From positions 1 through 37,654 of the IMG/VR virus record IMGVR_UViG_3300048574_000383: a DNA stretch of 37,654 nucleotides. One strand, written 5' to 3'. Shown here in pieces: positions 35,857-37,654 of this stretch (within the stretch, counting starts at the first letter, position 1; each line of letters starts with the position of its first letter). The position numbers and the translations under genes are program-made. This DNA comes from a virus (taxonomy: Duplodnaviria > Caudoviricetes). Under the pieces are notes generated by a model. That model was not told the origin of the DNA. It ran no database searches and saw only the letters and a list, made by a program, of their open reading frames with translations.

Positions 35857-36450
35857 ATGCCCGACTTCCGCCTTATCGGCCTCTTCGCCGCGATCCTGGC
35901 CCTAATCGGCGGCGGCGTCGCCGGCGCGGCCTTCCTCGATCGCGTCGGCAAGAACAGAGCCCAGGCCGTGGAATACGCCGCCTGCCGCGCAGCGGCCGAA
36001 CAGAAGCCAGGCGCCAAGGCGCCGGCCGAGGCCTGCGCCGAGCCGATCGCCAAACTGCTGGTCGAGGGCCTGCGTTCGCGCGCCTGCGAGGCGGGGCTGC
36101 GGCTCGATCCGGACCCGGCGAATCCAGGCCGTTGGATCACGCCGCTCAGCTGCAGCCGCAACGTCCAGCAGCTGGCGGCCTCGAACAACGTCGCCCACGA
36201 CACGGTCGACGACAGGGACGCCGAGATCCTTCGCCTTCGCGGCTCGCAGGCCGCAGCCATAGCCCGTGCCGAACGGCGCGGCGCCCAAAACGCCAGGAGC
36301 CTAGCCCATGCCCAAGCCGCCATCGCGGCCGCGCCTCGTAATGACGCTGGCCTTATCGTCTGTCGTGATCAGTGCCTGCGCCAGCTCGCCGGTGAAGACG
36401 AGCCCGGATCGGTTCGCCGAGCCGACGATCCAGGTGCGCCGCCACGCTGA
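35857..36450 (+). CDS. Inner-membrane spanin (Rz-like)
   Basis: N-terminal TM and a helical periplasmic part with Cys residues, located after the endolysin. Confidence 0.7.
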   Translation: MPDFRLIGLFAAILALIGGGVAGAAFLDRVGKNRAQAVEYAACRAAAEQKPGAKAPAEACAEPIAKLLVEGLRSRACEAGLRLDPDPANPGRWITPLSCSRNVQQLAASNNVAHDTVDDRDAEILRLRGSQAAAIARAERRGAQNARSLAHAQAAIAAAPRNDAGLIVCRDQCLRQLAGEDEPGSVRRADDPGAPPR

Positions 36451-36637
36451 GACGATCTGCCCAGCCGAGCTGCTGCTCGCCCCGCCGCCGAAGCCGGCCC
36501 TGCCGGCGGATGCGACCCTGGTGGGCGACGAATACGGCCTGGGCTACGCGGCGGCGCGCTTCAGCCGCGAAGACGACCTCGAGCAGCGTCTGCGTGACGC
36601 CGCCGCGGCGTGCCCAGCGCCTGCCGCCGATCCCTGA
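36308..36637 (+). CDS. Outer-membrane spanin lipoprotein (Rz1-like)
   Basis: AGGAG RBS, lipobox ISAC and Pro-rich CPAELLLAPPPKP. Overlaps the i-spanin 3' end. Confidence 0.75.
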   Translation: MPKPPSRPRLVMTLALSSVVISACASSPVKTSPDRFAEPTIQVRRHAETICPAELLLAPPPKPALPADATLVGDEYGLGYAAARFSREDDLEQRLRDAAAACPAPAADP

Positions 36638-36674
36638 GACCGGCGCCAGCTCCTCCCTCTGTCGCCGCAGACTG

Positions 36675-36707
36675 CGCCCCCTGGCTTCGGCCGGGGGGCG
36701 TTTTTTT
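36675..36707 (+). terminator. Rho-independent terminator of the late operon
   Basis: CGCCCCCTGGC-TTCG-GCCGGGGGGCG followed by T7. Confidence 0.9.
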
Positions 36708-36806
36708 GTGGCCAGTTTTCGGAAGCATTCTTCTCCGCCCCTAGAAACTGATCCACAGTTTGGGGCCGGTTTTTAAAACCGTTTGTTGACGCCTTGCAGG
36801 CGATGG

Positions 36807-36930
36807 TTCGTAAATAGCGAAAGACGCGGATTCGAACCGCGACGGTGTCAGGGAGCCCGCTTGCCGGTAAATGAGGCCGGTAGCCGCGCTCCACTGACAC
36901 GCCCCTCGCGGGGAAGACGCCGGCGGGCTC
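36807..36930. ncRNA. Candidate structured RNA, strand uncertain
   Basis: Consecutive hairpins including CGCGG-ATTCGAA-CCGCG and a long GTGTCAG...CTGACAC stem. TTGACG at 36786. Confidence 0.35.
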
Positions 36931-37056
36931 TGAGATTGCAGCCCTGGGTCCGCTGGACGTCTACATCGCGTCAGGTGCACCCGACGCACGACGATATGGG
37001 GGGCAACCCTATTGACTCGTCAACATGTCGTGCCGCTCCGTCCCCAAGGTTTTTCG

Positions 37057-37071
37057 TAAACGGAAGGTTAA
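37057..37071. promoter_or_regulatory. CtrA-like box
   Basis: TAAA-CGGAAGG-TTAA, one mismatch to TTAA-N7-TTAA. Confidence 0.45.
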
Positions 37072-37187
37072 TAAACCGCGCGAATCCCGGCCAGGAAGCG
37101 GTTTTCGGCCGGCGAGCCAGTCCAGACGCACGCGAGTGTGACAAATCGCTTCGGACTCCTGGAGCTTCCAATGGGGGACGGTGCCCG

Positions 37188-37436
37188 ATGAACGAACTCG
37201 AGGTCCGACTTGCTTCACTGGAACTGCTCCTGATCGAACTGATGGCTGACGCCGACGCCCTGCGGCTGAGCCACGCCCTCGACCGGATCCGCGCGGGCAT
37301 TCCCGAGGCCGTCGACGAACGCGAGGCTACGGCGCGGCGACAGGCCGTCCAGCACATCGAAGACGCGTTGAAGCGCCACGATCTGTTGACGACGAGCAGC
37401 ATCATGCGCCGCCCGCCAACGTCCGAGTGCGATTAG
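37188..37436 (+). CDS. Small helical hypothetical protein
   Basis: GGGGGA RBS-like element. MNELEVRLASLELLLIEL. Confidence 0.65.
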   Translation: MNELEVRLASLELLLIELMADADALRLSHALDRIRAGIPEAVDEREATARRQAVQHIEDALKRHDLLTTSSIMRRPPTSECD

Positions 37437-37654
37437 GCCTCGCCGATCCAGGTTGCCCACTCACTTGGCGGCATCGGGTCGGCCAAGCCTTGTAGGGCGA
37501 AAGTCAGCATCAAGGGAGGTGGATTGCGGCCAGCCTCCCATTCTTCGACTGTTCGTCGTGAGACCCCGAGCCGCTCAGCAAGACCCGCCTGGGTCACAGT
37601 GCACTTCTTGCGATACGCCTTGATCTGAGCAGGTGTCAGCACCTCGCGTGACAT
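37433..37654 (-). CDS. Small XRE-family HTH protein
   Basis: LTPAQIKAYRKK..TQAGLAERLGVSRRTVEEWEAGRNPP. Confidence 0.85.
   Translation of the reverse strand: MSREVLTPAQIKAYRKKCTVTQAGLAERLGVSRRTVEEWEAGRNPPPLMLTFALQGLADPMPPSEWATWIGEA

Larger units (their letters stand above)
257..36707. mobile_element. Temperate siphovirus-like prophage (HK97-type head, lambdoid switch); att sites not identified, so true ends may lie outside these coordinates
   Basis: Integrase, repressor/cro, replication, packaging, head, tail and lysis modules occur in canonical order with extensive start/stop coupling. Confidence 0.96.

Noticed and set aside
36815-36930. Complete tRNA gene
   Set aside because: A T-arm is present on the minus strand, but no acceptor 5' strand, D-arm or anticodon arm could be built.
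36783-37187. N-terminal extension of the 217-aa ORF
   Set aside because: It runs through structured and regulatory DNA, and the ATG at 37188 has a better RBS.
1-37654. attL/attR direct repeats
   Set aside because: No shared core was found by eye between the two ends. The window starts and ends on ORF boundaries, so att sites may lie outside it.

Overview
The window is a near-complete, apparently intact temperate siphovirus-type prophage with an HK97-fold head and a long non-contractile tail. The DNA is GC-rich, and the host is probably an alphaproteobacterium, possibly Caulobacteraceae (inferred from promoter style and CtrA/DnaA-like boxes). Gene order: integrase/xis and a leftward early operon (MazG-like, ParB-like); a lambdoid immunity region (lipoprotein, cI-like S24 repressor, cro-like gene, five 17-bp operators); a rightward early operon (two adenine MTases, an inserted orphan XRE antitoxin-like gene, primase, P4-type helicase, iteron origin); a late activator, HNH and terminase; head and tail genes; an accessory fibre module; a lysis cassette; then a structured non-coding region and two small genes. 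The most notable signals are a three-gene fibre module built on an exact 14 x 20-aa repeat protein, a 15-bp palindrome placed before three late structural genes, and a Dam gene flanked by a duplicated primase 5' end. Also notable are an antisense zinc-ribbon gene nested inside a translationally coupled ORF and a structured RNA candidate at the right end. No att sites, CRISPR array, reverse transcriptase or complete tRNA could be supported. Family calls rest on motif recognition by eye, not database searches.
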